From: Dimorphilus gyrociliatus
Taxonomy: Eukaryota > Animalia > Annelida
DNA length: 64,000 nucleotides
Reading direction: 5' to 3'
Assembly: GCA_904063045.1 (NCBI GenBank)
Contig: CAJFCJ010000007.1
Coordinates: 3,355,404 to 3,419,403 of the forward strand
Positions 14,958-28,405 of the stretch are shown piece by piece (the first letter of the stretch is position 1; each line of letters begins with the position of its first letter). The notes beneath the pieces were generated by a model. That model made no database searches, had not been told where the DNA came from, and saw nothing but the letters and a program-made list of their open reading frames with translations. Position numbers and translations under genes: made by a program.

Positions 14958-14990
<33 letters not shown>

Positions 14991-17900
14991 TTATATATAT
15001 TAGTGCGCATATGTGTAATAATTGTTTTGAGCGCGCTGACTAAAACAAATATTGATTTTTCTTATTGATTGCTCTAAAATTTACTCATAAAAAAACTTAT
15101 TATGCATGCTGCAACTGTTAACGTGTTAGATTCGGACATCGAAAAATTACATAATAGGTTATAGAGAGGTTGCGCAATCTTGTTTAGTGAGGCCCCCTCG
15201 GTTCGGTCTAGATACGCCATTTACACAGTGATTAACGCCACTCAAACCCGGCCTATGTAAAGGCGGTTGATTATATAATATTCTCAGACTTACGTAACTT
15301 ATTCAACGCGTTTATCCTCAGCGCATACATTTGTTAATTATTCGCTTATTTAAATTCTTGCCTTTTACCTCCCTCTCTCTCTTCTAATTATCTTTCATCT
15401 TAGGAATCATTTCTCATACAGATTTACTGATCATCAAGTAAAAACCCTTCAAGAATACTTTGAGCAAAACGCCTATCCAAAGGACGACGAATTGGAACAC
15501 CTGTCCAAGACTCTTCAACTATCGCCTCGGGTTATTGTCGTCTGGTTCCAAAACGCTCGACAGAAGGCGCGCAAGAGTTACGAAAATCAACCACCTTCGT
15601 CGTCGGAAAAGAACGCCACTAATAGCCATTCTTCATCTTCAAATGAGGATGAGCGTTACATAAAAACTCCAGGCTCCAATTATCAATGTAAAAGATGCTC
15701 AACGGTATTCCAACGCTATTACGAACTAATTAAACACCAGAAAAGCGTTTGCTTTAAAGAGGAAGAGACACCATTATCAAGTTGCAATAATAGCAATGAC
15801 GGAACTAGTTCATCACCTCCCTCTAAGGCTGATGTGAGTTCGTCATCCAACGGCAGAGATCAACTACAACAACAACAATCGCAACCACAACAAAAGGTTT
15901 ACGATTGCGAAAAATGTTCACAATCATTCGGAGACACTGAATCGTGGAGGGAGCATCAAGCTCTCCATATAGCTACACCTGTCTTTACACCAGCTTCTTT
16001 CGATTCGGCATTCGCTATTTTACAAAACGTTGCGAAACACGCCGAAGCAAAACAATCCAAAAGGAAAAGTGACGACGATCAAGACTCAAATAATAGCGGT
16101 GAAAGTTGCCCTTCTAGGGATAAACGTCTACGAACAACAATTTTACCGGAACAGTTGGATTATCTCTATCAGAAATACCAGGCGGACAGTAATCCGTCTA
16201 GGAAACAGTTGGAATCGATTGCCGACGAAGTGGGCTTGAAGAAACGAGTTGTACAAGTTTGGTTCCAGAATACGCGAGCCCGCGAAAGAAAAGGTCAGTA
16301 CAGAGCGCACGCGCAACTCATACATAAGAGATGCCCCTTTTGTCGAGCCCTGTTTAGAGCTAAGACGGCCCTAGAATCGCATTTAGCTACGAAACACCCA
16401 GAAGAAATGGCTAAAGGCGAAGTTAATGTTGATAATATTCCTGATTGTCCTATTGAACCTCCAGCTCTGAAGGACAAAGAATCGCCAACGCCAGCATTGG
16501 ATATGACCAAGCTTTTATCTAATCCGTACAACGTTCCATCGAATCCTGTACTATTCCCACCTAGCCAAGCGGCATCTTTTAAGAAAATGTATGAGGAACA
16601 TTTAAACAAATTTATAACGGAAGCATCACCCGCCGCGACAATATCGTCTGGTGTTGGGACGTCGACACCTTCGTCAACTTCAACGCCATCGGCTCAGACA
16701 CCTATCAGCGCGTCGTCTAAAGTTGACCGCCGGAAATCGGCAACACCTCAGAGGGCTATCCCAACAGTTCCAACTGTTTTAGAGGACCCTTCCGCTCCTT
16801 TGGATCTTAGCGCTAGGGCACCATCAATTCCTGCTTCACAAATTACACCTATAAGGCATTACGATGATGATAATAGATCGGAAACGTATAGCGAGAGTAC
16901 AACGGATGGTGTTGATTTTATGGACGAAGCATCAAATCCGTCGTCACCACCAAGTTCACATATGGCACATGGGCATGGGGGCTCAAGTGGCGGTCTATCA
17001 GGAGGCTCGCATCGACCCGCTAAAAGATACAGGACCCAGATGACCTCGTTACAAATAGGCGTCATGAAATCGCTATTTGATTGGTATAGAACGCCTTCTA
17101 TGTCGGAATGCGAACTATTAGGATCCGAGATTTCCCTGCCTAAAAGAGTTGTTCAAGTCTGGTTCCAAAATGCCAGAGCTAAGGAGAAGAAAGCTCGTCT
17201 AGCTCAGGGTCAACCAGTTGACGAGCCGCCAAGAACACCGGACTCGTGCAGCCTTTGCAATTTTACGTTCACCCACAACTACAGCGTTCAAGATCATATT
17301 TTCACTAAACGTCATATACAGAACGCTATGAATCATATGCGAAAACAATTGGAAAGCGAAGGTGTCCGTGACACGTCGTTACCTAAGGTCGAAACGCCAA
17401 CAGGAAGTACCAATGCTCGAAGCAAACCCTCGAAATTGGAGATGGGCGATAACGAAAGTACGTAGTTTATATTTATTACGTAATACAATACGAGAGGCTA
17501 ATCTTTTTTAAATGTTTTCCCCTTTGAACTTGTACCCATTATAGAAAGCAGACGGACCGGAAATACAAGCGGAACAGGTGGAACCTCGCCCTTGGTTTCT
17601 GCCGGTTTAAACGCCCAAATGATGTCGATGTTAGGAATGCCCGGATCCGACCTAATGATGCCCTTGTTTTTACCAAGTAGTGCTCCCGGGTTTCCCTTAA
17701 CTGCTGGAGGTCTAGCGCCTTTTATGTCCGGTTTAGCGCCTGGTAAGTGAATAACGAAAGGGAAATTGTTCTTCGGATAGGCAGATAGAGTTAGGGGGTT
17801 GAGGAAGACGAAGAAAAAAAAAAGCGAACCTGATATAAGCAAGAAACGCATTGACACTTTGATGAATGTACATTAAAAGTGACAATTCAGACTGTGCTGG

Positions 17901-19007
17901 TACTCAGCTGGCGTGCTTTATGCGAGCGAACGTAGGCTTAAATTACGGCGCCTTTGTCGATTTCTAAATTACGCGCGCCGGCTCGCCTATATTAAGGCTC
18001 GACGCTTTTGTTCAACGTTCGCTTAATTGCCGTATAAACGGTATGAAGCGGCGGCCGTATAATTACAACCGCTCCTCACCTACTCCCTATTTCTCTCTTG
18101 TATATTAATATACGCCTCGTACAGACGCCGTGTATCGACAATGTATAGAGTTGTTATTTTTTTAGCTTGTAATTCATAAAGATTGCCCAACGTTGACTTA
18201 TTTGCATTAGAATACTAGTCTGAATGGAGTAAATTTAGACTAAACATATATTTATATATATATTCAATAAATATGTATATCATATATGTAATAAATGATA
18301 ATAGATTTACTGTATATGCTTTATGCATTAAAAGTGTGTAATCTACAATTTATTTAGATATTTGGGTACTGTATACATTCATATATATATAGTTATATAT
18401 TTTTATATATATATGTACTGTATATATATATATATCAATATAAAAAGAGAGACTAAAGAGCCGCCGGCGTCTCTATAGTCATTAAGAGTAAAGGACGCAA
18501 TTAAGGTCTCAAACAAAAGCTCTATTCTATCCATTGATTACTTTTTACGCTGCAGGTGACTTGATGTACGACCCTACAAGGTTCGGTACGCCTTTGCAAA
18601 TGCTTCAAATACCGCAAGCGGCCATTAGCAAGGTTCAAAAGCAGTTAAATACCGCCAATGCAACGTCGGCCTATTATACACAGGATTGCAGTAGTATAAA
18701 GGAAGTTAGCGAACAAGTAGGCGACGATGTCGTCGCGCCCTCTTCCGTGGACGTTGGTTACATTTGCCGAAAGTGTCAAATGGTGTATCCGGCGAAGGAG
18801 GGATGCCTTCAACACCAATCTTCAAGCTGCTACGCCGGTCATACACCGAAAGCAGAGCATATGCTGAAACTGGAACAGAGACTTTACAAGTGCGTCGTCT
18901 GTTCGGATAAGTTGCCAACTAAGAAAGATTTTCTTCGCCATTGCACTTCCGAATCGCATAAGACGCAGGCACCACCTAGTGCGAAAAAGATTAAGTTGAA
19001 CAATTAG
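3798..19007 (+). CDS. ZFHX3/4: Zinc finger homeobox protein ZFHX3/ZFHX4/zfh2 orthologue (multi-C2H2 zinc finger, four homeodomains), about 2537 aa, 7 coding exons
   Basis: Exons 3798-5838, 7718-7768, 10943-11065, 11605-14317, 15422-17457, 17545-17742 and 18556-19007 all have GT-AG boundaries, are phase-compatible and sum to 7614 nt (2538 codons). Family motifs: [66 protein letters not shown]. Homeodomains: [25 protein letters not shown]; KRANRTR|[17 protein letters not shown]; [23 protein letters not shown]; [22 protein letters not shown]. Confidence 0.96.
5994..6036. repeat. (TA)n microsatellite, representative of dozens in the window
   Basis: Uninterrupted TA dinucleotide run in zfhx intron 1; similar runs near 340, 7855, 14820, 14960, 19160, 19600, 20590 and 56970. 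Confidence 0.95.
7960..8045. promoter_or_regulatory. Candidate intronic enhancer of zfhx (homeodomain site cluster)
   Basis: GCTAATTAGC 7965-7974, CTCATTAGG, CTGATTAGCG 7995-8004 and GCAATTAAC within about 80 nt. Confidence 0.4.
10555..10572. promoter_or_regulatory. Tandem CRE (CREB/ATF) sites in zfhx intron 2
   Basis: Perfect TGACGTCA 10555-10562 followed by TGACGTAA 10565-10572. Another perfect TGACGTCA lies at 6647-6654. Confidence 0.4.
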
Positions 19008-19154
19008 ATCTGATCGCCGAGCGATGATTATGTACATATCGAACAGAACAAAAAAACCGTAGTCCAGATTTGTATATGTTTAGAAGCAGGAAAAGAACGT
19101 TATATCATATGTATATATACATTGTATGCGTATGCATGTATGTGTACAAATATG

Positions 19155-19198
<44 letters not shown>

Positions 19199-19451
19199 CT
19201 GTATATATATACATTCATATACATATATATATATATATATATATATTGCTTATTAAAAATTTTACATATATACATGTTTTTTCTTTATTTGTTTTTTTTT
19301 TCTTTATTCTTTTTATTGTTAGAGCCTGACAGTTGTATACGTACAAGAGTATACGTATTTATTATATAAAAAAAGAGGAAAAACGCCTGTTGTAGTTTAT
19401 GTCTACTTGGAAAAAAGAGAGGAAAGGTTAGAAAGAAAGAAAGACAGAAAT

Positions 19452-19482
<31 letters not shown>

Positions 19483-19601
19483 AAGTCTAAATGTTTACGT
19501 TTGTTTTTCTTCGTTTGTTGCTCAGAACAGCGCCAGCATTTGTTGAAAAAGAAATTTGTGTTGACTTATTAAAAAACTTGGCGTACTATTGTACTATATA
19601 C

Positions 19602-19636
<35 letters not shown>

Positions 19637-20589
19637 ATCTATATCTATATATTTAAATATATACATGCATATATATATACGAATGTATGTATGTATGTAT
19701 AAACATACATTTTTTTCTTTATGTATATTTTTTTGTGCTTAAAAAACTAAAAAAAAGAGGCGAACGTTATAGCGCCAACTGCAGTGAGAAATGGTGCGAC
19801 ACTGCAGCTAATAACAAGAGCGGATCGTACAAATCTATAAGCAAAAATTATAAAATGATTCATAGACAGAGAGATAAGAGGATAATAATATTAATAATAA
19901 TAATGATGATGATGAGGAAGAGGGGGAATGAGGAACAAAATATACATTTTCTTTTTAAAAGATAAAAAAAATAACAGATCACTTAAAAGTAACAACATAT
20001 TTTTATACATAGCAAAAAAGAGAAGGGGAGCAGGAAAGGAAGTAAAGAATGTGGGAAGGACAGAAAAGAAAATAAGAGAGAGAGAGAGAGAGAGAGAAAA
20101 TGAATGTAACAACACTGTAAACATAAAAAACAAAGTTATAAAAAAAAAACAAAAGAGCCTTTTTCCCATTGAAATAAAATATTTCTATTGATATTAAATC
20201 ATAAGCATAAAAAATAAAATATACATATATATTATTAAAAATTTATAGTTAGTTTTTTTTTTAAAAGAAAATTAAAAGAGAAATAAGTTAAGACGAAAAA
20301 CAAATATGGTTTCCTTTCTTTTTTAATATTAATATTATCTTTCTTAAATAAAATCGAATATAGCTTCAATACATCCTGTTTTAAGGGTTTTAGAAAGGGG
20401 AGGAAAGGATAAAGAGGAAGAGAGCGTGAGAGAGAGAGAGAAAAAAAAAGATATAGAAACGATCTGACTCTGGTTTTACGCATTCGCCCATTTTTTCAAT
20501 TAAGACTTGTTTTTATTTTAAATGACCGTTCTGCTTTCACTTTCGCCAAAAAATCTCAATGTTTTACAGTATATAAAGTATATATATGC

Positions 20590-20638
<49 letters not shown>

Positions 20639-21598
20639 TATATATATAATTTGTGTATATATATATATATACTTATAAAATTATTGGTATACATACAAAA
20701 AGTAGTTTGAAAACGAAAGTATAAAGAGATACCCATACACAAACATATATACATTAATGTATATATTAATATGTATATGAGTTTATACGTATAATAATAT
20801 AATATATATTTTAAATAAGTAAACAAATCAAAGCAATCGTTCGGTAATTAACATCCATACTATATATACAGTATATATACACATCATATCATATCATATC
20901 ATATCGTATCGTATCATAGATACAATATATATATATATCATTTTTTTATATAAAAAAAAATATAGCGTGTTTTTCGTCAAAGAACAATTAGCAATGCGTA
21001 CAAAGACTAGAAGGAATTTTTTTTCGCCGACACAATCGTTTATTAAATCCCTCTGTCAACATTCATTTATTTACCGTGCGTTAGATAAGTTCAACTAGTT
21101 CACGTTTTTGATCAAGTAATGGTTTTTTTTTTCCTTTTTTATAACTTTTAGGCAACAACAAAAAAAAAATAACAAAAAGTAGTTATTTTCTTTTTATTTG
21201 AAATTTTCTATATCGTCTATCTTCCTCTTCTCTCTCTCTCTCTCTCTCTCTCTTTTTGTTATAACAACACAACACTTTGAGTTTAGAAGGAATTTATGCA
21301 TTTATATATTTATGTATATGAGGATTGAATTAAAATAGTAGGATGACGATTGCGAGGGGGAAAATACCCATTATCAACATAGTCATCATCACCTTAAGTA
21401 TCCCTGTAGGAGCTATAAGTTGGCTTGGTATTAAGTAAGATTTTATTTAAAAAACATTCGTATAAGGGAGGAGAGAAAGAGGAAAAAAACCGCTGGCTAT
21501 CGATTGTAAAAGCTATGGTTTCTAATTTCATACCCTCTGCCATCGTAATACGCTGTTAAATAATTCGTTACCATTTTCCCCAATAATTCCTAAAACAA

Positions 21599-21612
21599 CC
21601 GCTAGATGGCGC
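21599..21612 (+). promoter_or_regulatory. CTCF-like motif downstream of zfhx
   Basis: CCGCTAGATGGCGC closely matches the bilaterian CTCF core (CC[A/G]C[T/C]AG[A/G][T/G]GGC[G/A]C). Confidence 0.55.
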
Positions 21613-23383
21613 GTAATTAGGAACTATTAAGAAATGGCTAGGGGGGGTGGTAGAAGGAACAAGGGGGTGGGGGTAGAGGGAGGCGTCTACGCCGGACTAA
21701 ATTACTTCGGAAAAGGGAATATTTTCGGCGCCAGAGATTCTCGGGGGACAAATGGAAAAAAAGAGTTTTTCTCACTGTTCCATTTGACTATTTCCGGTTA
21801 GGCTAAGGAATGCTACCATAATTCTCGAATAAATCAGAAGGGGCGCTTGATTAATTAGATTCATTTTTTTTTCCGGCGAGAAATTAACTTAATTACTGAG
21901 TTATAGCACCAAAAAATGGATTAAAAGAGGATAAAGGGCGACGAAATATGAATGGAATTTATTAAATTGAATTAGAATAGTTGTGTTCCATTCCCCCTTT
22001 TCTCTTTCTTTCTTTCTTTCTTTAATTGTAAACTCTGTCCGCTTTTATTTACTTCTTCATCGCCCTACTCTTCATCTCATTCCTCTTCGATTCCATATAA
22101 ATTTTTCTCTTCTTTCTCAGCTAGTTTTTTTCTTTTACAACTCTTATCTTAAATCCAAGGATTTCTTTCATTTTCCTCTCATCTTCTTCATAACCTTCAT
22201 TATAACAATTATCATTATCTTCTCCTTCTACTTCTATGTTCCTCCGAGCGAGAAGCGTCGAACGTGCTTGACTCTTTGTAACTTTCAAAGATGGAAGAGA
22301 ATTTTTAATTAGAATTTAACACAAAAAAGGGAGAGAAAAGAATGAATGAAAGGAGGAGATATAAAGAAAAGAGAAGAAGAATAAGAGACGTAGTCAGTGG
22401 AGGCGGGGGGGCGAGTGGAGAGGAAAGAGATAGAGGAAAAAGTGAAAGAGAGAGAAGAGAGCGAAGTGAGCGGGTGAGAGAGAGAGAGAGAGGGAGAGAA
22501 AGCCCATTCGCAAATCTTAATTAAAATCTTTACATCCGGTTCCTAATACGTTATAGGCTTTATTCTATCGCCTAGGAATATTTATTAATATTCATTAGCA
22601 TAGTTCTTTTCTATTTTTAATAATAAAGAGTCCCATTTGATTATTAACCTATAAACTTTCAACAATTCAATTATACTTTTTCCGTCGGCTGAAAAGTTAA
22701 CAAAACAAAAAAAACAATAAAATTCAAATAATAAAAAATAATGAAAAGTTTTTTTTTAAAAAAAACAAAAAACAAAAAAAAAATAATAAACGAGAGAGAG
22801 AGCGGGAGAGCTGAGAGAGAGCGAGAAAAAAGGTGAAAGGTATTACGTAATACAATAAAGAACTACGTAGGAGCTATCCCATCCGATTACATTAACTTTA
22901 ATTGATTTGTATTTATTTCCTTTAGAAAGAAAAAAGGTGGAATACGAAATTACATTATTCTCGTGATTATTGATATTATTATTTTTAATTATTATTACTA
23001 TTAATATTAATAAGACTATTATTAAAATAATAAAGAATTAAACAAATCGGATAGTATTAATCTAAGGAGTAGTTAGAACAATTGGAAGGAAAAAAAAAAC
23101 AACTGGAAGAAGGGAAATATAGGGTACAGGAGGGGAAAAGAAAAAAAAAAGGTCAAATAGGAACAGGAAATAGCGAAAACAAAAAGAAAAAAAAATTATC
23201 ATAACTATAGGGAGATGTAAATGAAATAATGAAGGAAATTAATAGAACTATACAACAACCCCCTTCTACCCCTTGTCAAATATTTAATGTGTAGAAGAAT
23301 ATTCCTGAATTGTGTGGGACGGTGGCTAAATCGGGGATTGGAAATAATATCGTGGACAAAAAAAAGAGAAAAAAAAAAAGATG

Positions 23384-23417
<34 letters not shown>

Positions 23418-23911
23418 CAGTTAGATAGATTTGTATAGGATAGAGATAGAGCAAGAAAGAGAGGAAGGGAGGGACGGGGGGAGGGAGAGACGAGAGAAGG
23501 ATAAGAATATTATATATAAAATTGATGACCCCAATTTTTACGATTTGATACAATAGGTTGCATATTTATATAATAATTAATGAAATTATTAGGCTTATAT
23601 AGAAATCGTATAAAATCATTTATACAGCCTCTTCATGAAAATTCCAGGCGTTACACAACTTTCGTAACATCGTTTCGGACATTATCGATTTAAGAGGTTG
23701 CCATTCGGCATTGCAAAAGCGCTATATCTATATATAAACGTTCCAGAAGTGCATAATGGAAAAATCTGCAAAAAAGAAAAAAGATTGTCAGGGTGTCGCC
23801 ATCTATTAGCTCAAATTGAATACAAAAACAGATTACGTATAAATATTAATATTAAATTGATAATCATTCGTTTCCTTTCTAATGTGTTTTTTATATTCAT
23901 TTTCTATAATA

Positions 23912-24265
23912 TTATGTAGATAGACTATATTTCTTTCTTATATCAGCTAAATTAACGCCTTTCTTCTCTAAACTCAATAATTGCGATTTAAGAGCGTCGT
24001 TCTCTTGCTGAATTTCGAAACTCTTCCATCCCATATTCCTAATATCCATCCTTTTTTCATTAATTTCGCTCCTCTTTGCCCTAATTTTACCTTTAATTTG
24101 ACATAATTTCGTACCCAAATCCGACATTTCCGCTTTGTATTCTATAGCTTTAGAATCTAGTCTTTCACCACCTTTTTTTATATCCCCAATCTCTCTTTGA
24201 AGTTCCTCAACTTCCAATTCTATTTCGTTCCTTAATTCAAATAATTTTTTACTTGATTCGTCCAT
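23912..24265 (-). CDS. Uncharacterised 117-aa coiled-coil protein (single coding exon)
   Basis: ATG at 24265 preceded by an in-frame TGA. Non-repetitive E/K/L/I-rich sequence with continuous heptad pattern (LFELRNEIELEVEELQREIGDIKK...ENDALKSQLLSLEKK), unlike the microsatellite ORFs around it. Confidence 0.7.
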   Translation of the reverse strand: MDESSKKLFELRNEIELEVEELQREIGDIKKGGERLDSKAIEYKAEMSDLGTKLCQIKGKIRAKRSEINEKRMDIRNMGWKSFEIQQENDALKSQLLSLEKKGVNLADIRKKYSLST

Positions 24266-24889
24266 TTTTTCTCACTATTCTTATATTTCTATCTAGTATT
24301 TTACGCTTTGTTTTTCTATTTTATCGTCTAAAATATACGAAGGATTAAGAGAGAGAGAGAGAGAGAGAGATGATGATGGTAAAAGGGAAAGGAGAGGAGG
24401 AGAAATGGATGGATGAATGAAGAAGAGAAAGAGAAAATTGGCGAAAATAAATTGTTTTTCTTTGGTGTTTAACTTTTCGTTTTCGAATTTCGAAAGTTTT
24501 CCTAATGATGTTTGATTTTATACATTTAAAAAAAAGGAGAGAAAGTAAAATCATCATCATCATCATCATTATTTCCGTTCTATTCTTCTTATTTTAACTC
24601 TCTCTCTCTCTCTCTATTAGCCTACTTTACCATTACAACATCATTTCTCTACTACACTATATTGAAAACAAGAAAAAAATAGAAAGAAAAAAAAAACAAC
24701 ACTAGCCTCTATTCACCATCATTTTTTTAAAAATTTATTAATAAATTAACTTATAGGCCTATGATAATTAATTAATTATTGACTTATTTAATTTTTTCCT
24801 AATTATATCAAATTGTTTCAGTTGGTTTTTCTTTTTTTTTTAATTAAAAAAAAATTTTGCTAGAGTAAGACAAACAGATATACTGTAAA

Positions 24890-24932
<43 letters not shown>

Positions 24933-27797
24933 GCAGAACAGAAGAAGAGAAAGATGTCTTAAGTCGTCCTTGAACAAATAAAGTACTACAAATTAATGTC
25001 GATCGCAATTAGACTTTAAGAGAGTAGTTAATTGTAAATAGCTTTATAGGCCTATTTACACCTAAGTAAAATAGGAAATACTCATCAATTCTACCCTCCA
25101 AGAAGAAAATTAGGTAATTAAGAAGACGACGTAGAGAGTAGGTAATTAAGAATTACATAATAGCTAATTATGCTGAATGAGATGGAATCCTTATAAAGAA
25201 ACAAGTACTACTTCTAAACGAAACATTGAAGGTTTTTTAATTGCACTCATTTAAAAAATAATTCCTTTGGCTGTATTACTTTAAAATAGGCCGAAGAAAA
25301 TTATACTTCCTCTTTTCTATCCCTTTAGTGAGATTAAGGGACATTTTGGATTAAGTTAAGGGAAAAGCGAGTAGGAATCGGTCCGTAAAGACCTTGTAGC
25401 ACAATGGAAAATAATTAGCTCATTCATCACTTTGGATAGATGTAGTTTATCTTTGCTAGATCATTTAAAAGTTCTTTAACTATATACATAAAAAATATGT
25501 CTTATATTTATATTGTATACGCTTGCATATGCATAATCAATGGATAATTATATATAAAGATGAGATAGGATAAGGCGAAGAAAGCGAGACAGAAAGAAGA
25601 ATCTGCTATAACACTTATTAACAGAATCTTTATCTCTTTATACTTTGTTCTTTCTTTCTCCAAATAGTAATCCGTATTATTCTTCTCCTCCTTTTCTCTC
25701 TCCTTCCCAATCTATCTCTCAATTATTCGCCCCAAAAAAACACTTAAATAACGCTCATTGAACTTTAAATGACATAAAAGTTTTATATAAATAATTCTTT
25801 GATTAAATAGTAAAAAGAGTGTATTCAATTCGATCATTCAATAATTGTATATATCTTAGATAAACAAACTAGACAACTCTTTCTATAAAAACTTAATCAA
25901 CTTGTTCTTTTTGTCAAAAGATTTATACTCAAACACTCACCAAAAACTTAACTCTTATACAATTCAACTATCATGTCTTATTCATAGTGTATATCTCTTT
26001 ATCTCTCTCTCTCTCTCTCCTTCATTCAATCTATTTATCTCTTTTATTCATTGATCTATGTAATGTCCTCTTATAAATCCCTATAAACTTTTCATTCTTT
26101 ATTTTTCTACTAATATTTGCTGTTATTTATTGTGCTTTCAATAGGCTTTTATTTTATGTTATTTTGCAGTACCGTCCGAATGATGGCGCTACCGTACGAG
26201 AAAGATCAATTCGCACCATTTTGCAGTATGACTACGTTTACTAGCTGGAAATTTGTATAGCGCAGGGGATGAAAAGAATAGCGATTTTTTAAAAAAAAAA
26301 TTCTAATAGAGAAAATAAGAAGAGAAGAAAAAAAAGGAATCAAATACAAGAAAATCAAAATCAAAACAGGCGAAATTTTTCCTGGAATCTTGTTAAATAT
26401 AAATAAAAAAAAAGAAGCAGAGAAAAGGAAAGAATAATAGACAGACAGAGAGAGAGAGAGAGAGAGGGAGAGAAATAAAAGAGGGAGCAAAGAGAGAGAA
26501 GGACGATAAATTAATAAAAAAAAATTCGATTGGACGCCCCTAGTCTGAGATCTGGCAATTGCCATGGTTAAGTAAGTATTAACGTGCAAATAAAGCGTCG
26601 AAAGATGGCGTTTTTTTTTTATTAAAATTGTATAAATTTTTACGTTATAAATGAGTTTTTTTAGATGTAAGATGAATAGAGGGATAAAAAACAGAGAAAG
26701 AGAGACTGGCAGGTTCGAATCAATAATAGAAGGGGGGAAGATATAGAAGAAAAGAAGAAGGGGGTAGAGGGTGGGAAAGGTAACATGTTTTAGGATAGAA
26801 ACGGATAAAAGGGGAGGTAGGGATAGAGCATTATGGGATAGTGGAGGGACGAAGGAAGGAAGGGGTATTATCGGAGTAGACTTACAAGATGTAGAATAAC
26901 AGAAACTAAGGGAATACGTACTGTTAAAGATTCTAATTAATAGAAAAATCCTACTTTTAAGTGTAGTTTGTTAGCAATTTTATAAAAGGTTAAGATAATT
27001 AAATAGATAAAATAATTGACAAACCAAACAAAAACAAGATTCTGTTATCAGGATAGTTAAGAGAAAAGAGAGAATGAGCGTATAAGCCGAGAAAAGAAGA
27101 TAAAAGAAATGAGAAAGAGACAAAAGTAGACCATATACATGTATTACTATCTTTTTTTTGAATTTTTATTATATATTCATCTGCAATTATGATCAACTAC
27201 TATATTACACTTTATTTCCAATACTAAAAGTTATAGGCCTGTTTTTTTTTTAAACAACATTAAAGTAATAAATAAGAATCTTCACTATTCTAATCAAACC
27301 TTAAATAGTTAATAAGGTAATAAAGTAGCTATATACAGTATGTAATATAATTGATACCAGTTTATACTTGTTAATTTATATATAAAAAAAAAGAGCACTT
27401 GGAAATTGTTTTAACTAAAGAGAAATTAAGGGAGGAAGAGTGGGAACAAAGAGAAAAACGAGGACATGTAATGTTGTACGCTATATAGACAGACAGTTAG
27501 ATAGATGGATAGATAGAGAGGTACGTAGTTTGGTAGGTAGGTAGGCATAGGTAGGCAGATAGATAGATAGATAGATAGACAGACAGAGAGAGAGAGAGAG
27601 AGAGAGAAGTAAAAGTAAAATAAAATTGGCAATTGTCCAGACAAAATAGAAAACTTTATCTGAATTTCTCATTTGAATATTAATAGGAATTATTTATTTA
27701 TATAAATATATACAAACATACAAATATAGATATAAATATAACTGGTATATTTTAATATATTTTAAATATCATTCTCTTTTTCTTTCTTTTCTTCTAG

Positions 27798-28405
27798 TGT
27801 AAAATATACAGATAAGGAAGAAGTAGAGGCAGAAGAAGAAGAAGAAGAAGAAGAGAAATTAAAAACTAAGAAAAACGAAAAGAAACAAGTAAAAATTATT
27901 GATAAAACAATGGAACGTTGCGATAAGAATAATTGTTTTAAACGAAATATTAAAAGTCCTAGTTTTCACGAATCTTGGGATAGGAGTTTACCTACTATGG
28001 ATCCTAATTCACCAACTGATAGGCCTATTTCTGGAATATTAAAGAATAAAGTGGCCAAGTATGAAAAAATAAAAAATAGTATGAAAATTAAATTAATTGT
28101 ATTATTATCATTTTAATAGAGAGGAAGAATATCAGGAAAATCCGTTTAAAAGCGATGGAGAACTTTCAAGAATAGCCGACTATATCCTAAGGAATTCTTT
28201 AATTAGCCGTACAAGTGTTTATATAGCAGATCCCGATATTGATAAACCGGAAGTGGAAGATGAAAATTTAATAGATCAAACAATCACCGTCCCAAATCAA
28301 CAATCCGCACCGTCAGATAATTTACAAACTGCATTAAAGTCACCGAGAAAAGATAACCTTCAATTAAAAGATAAAAAGAAGAAATCTTGTTGCGTAATAT
28401 CGTAA
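27798..28405 (+). CDS. Uncharacterised CaaX-box (prenylated) protein, probably 5'-incomplete
   Basis: The frame is open from acceptor ttcttctag|27798 (VKYTDKEEVEAEEEEEEEEK...) through the ATG at 27910 to a donor at 28059. A 61-nt intron (28059-28119) joins in phase to EEEYQENPFKSDGELSRIADYIL... The protein ends KDKKKKSCCVIS*. It is 144 aa from the ATG at 27910. Confidence 0.8.

Noticed and set aside
4397-16609. Antisense or shifted-frame ORFs overlapping zfhx exons, likewise 37774-38238, 54062-54478 and 55160-55627
   Set aside because: These are shadows of real coding sequence, with no independent start context or motifs.
19070-20826. Many 60-130 aa ORFs in the track (IYIYIY, SLSLSL, RERERE), here and throughout the window
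   Set aside because: They are translations of (TA)n and (AG)n microsatellites and low-complexity UTR or intergenic DNA, with no splice-supported or domain evidence.
26712-26721. tRNA T-loop-like GGTTCGAATC
   Set aside because: No complementary T-stem, acceptor stem or D-arm in the flanks.
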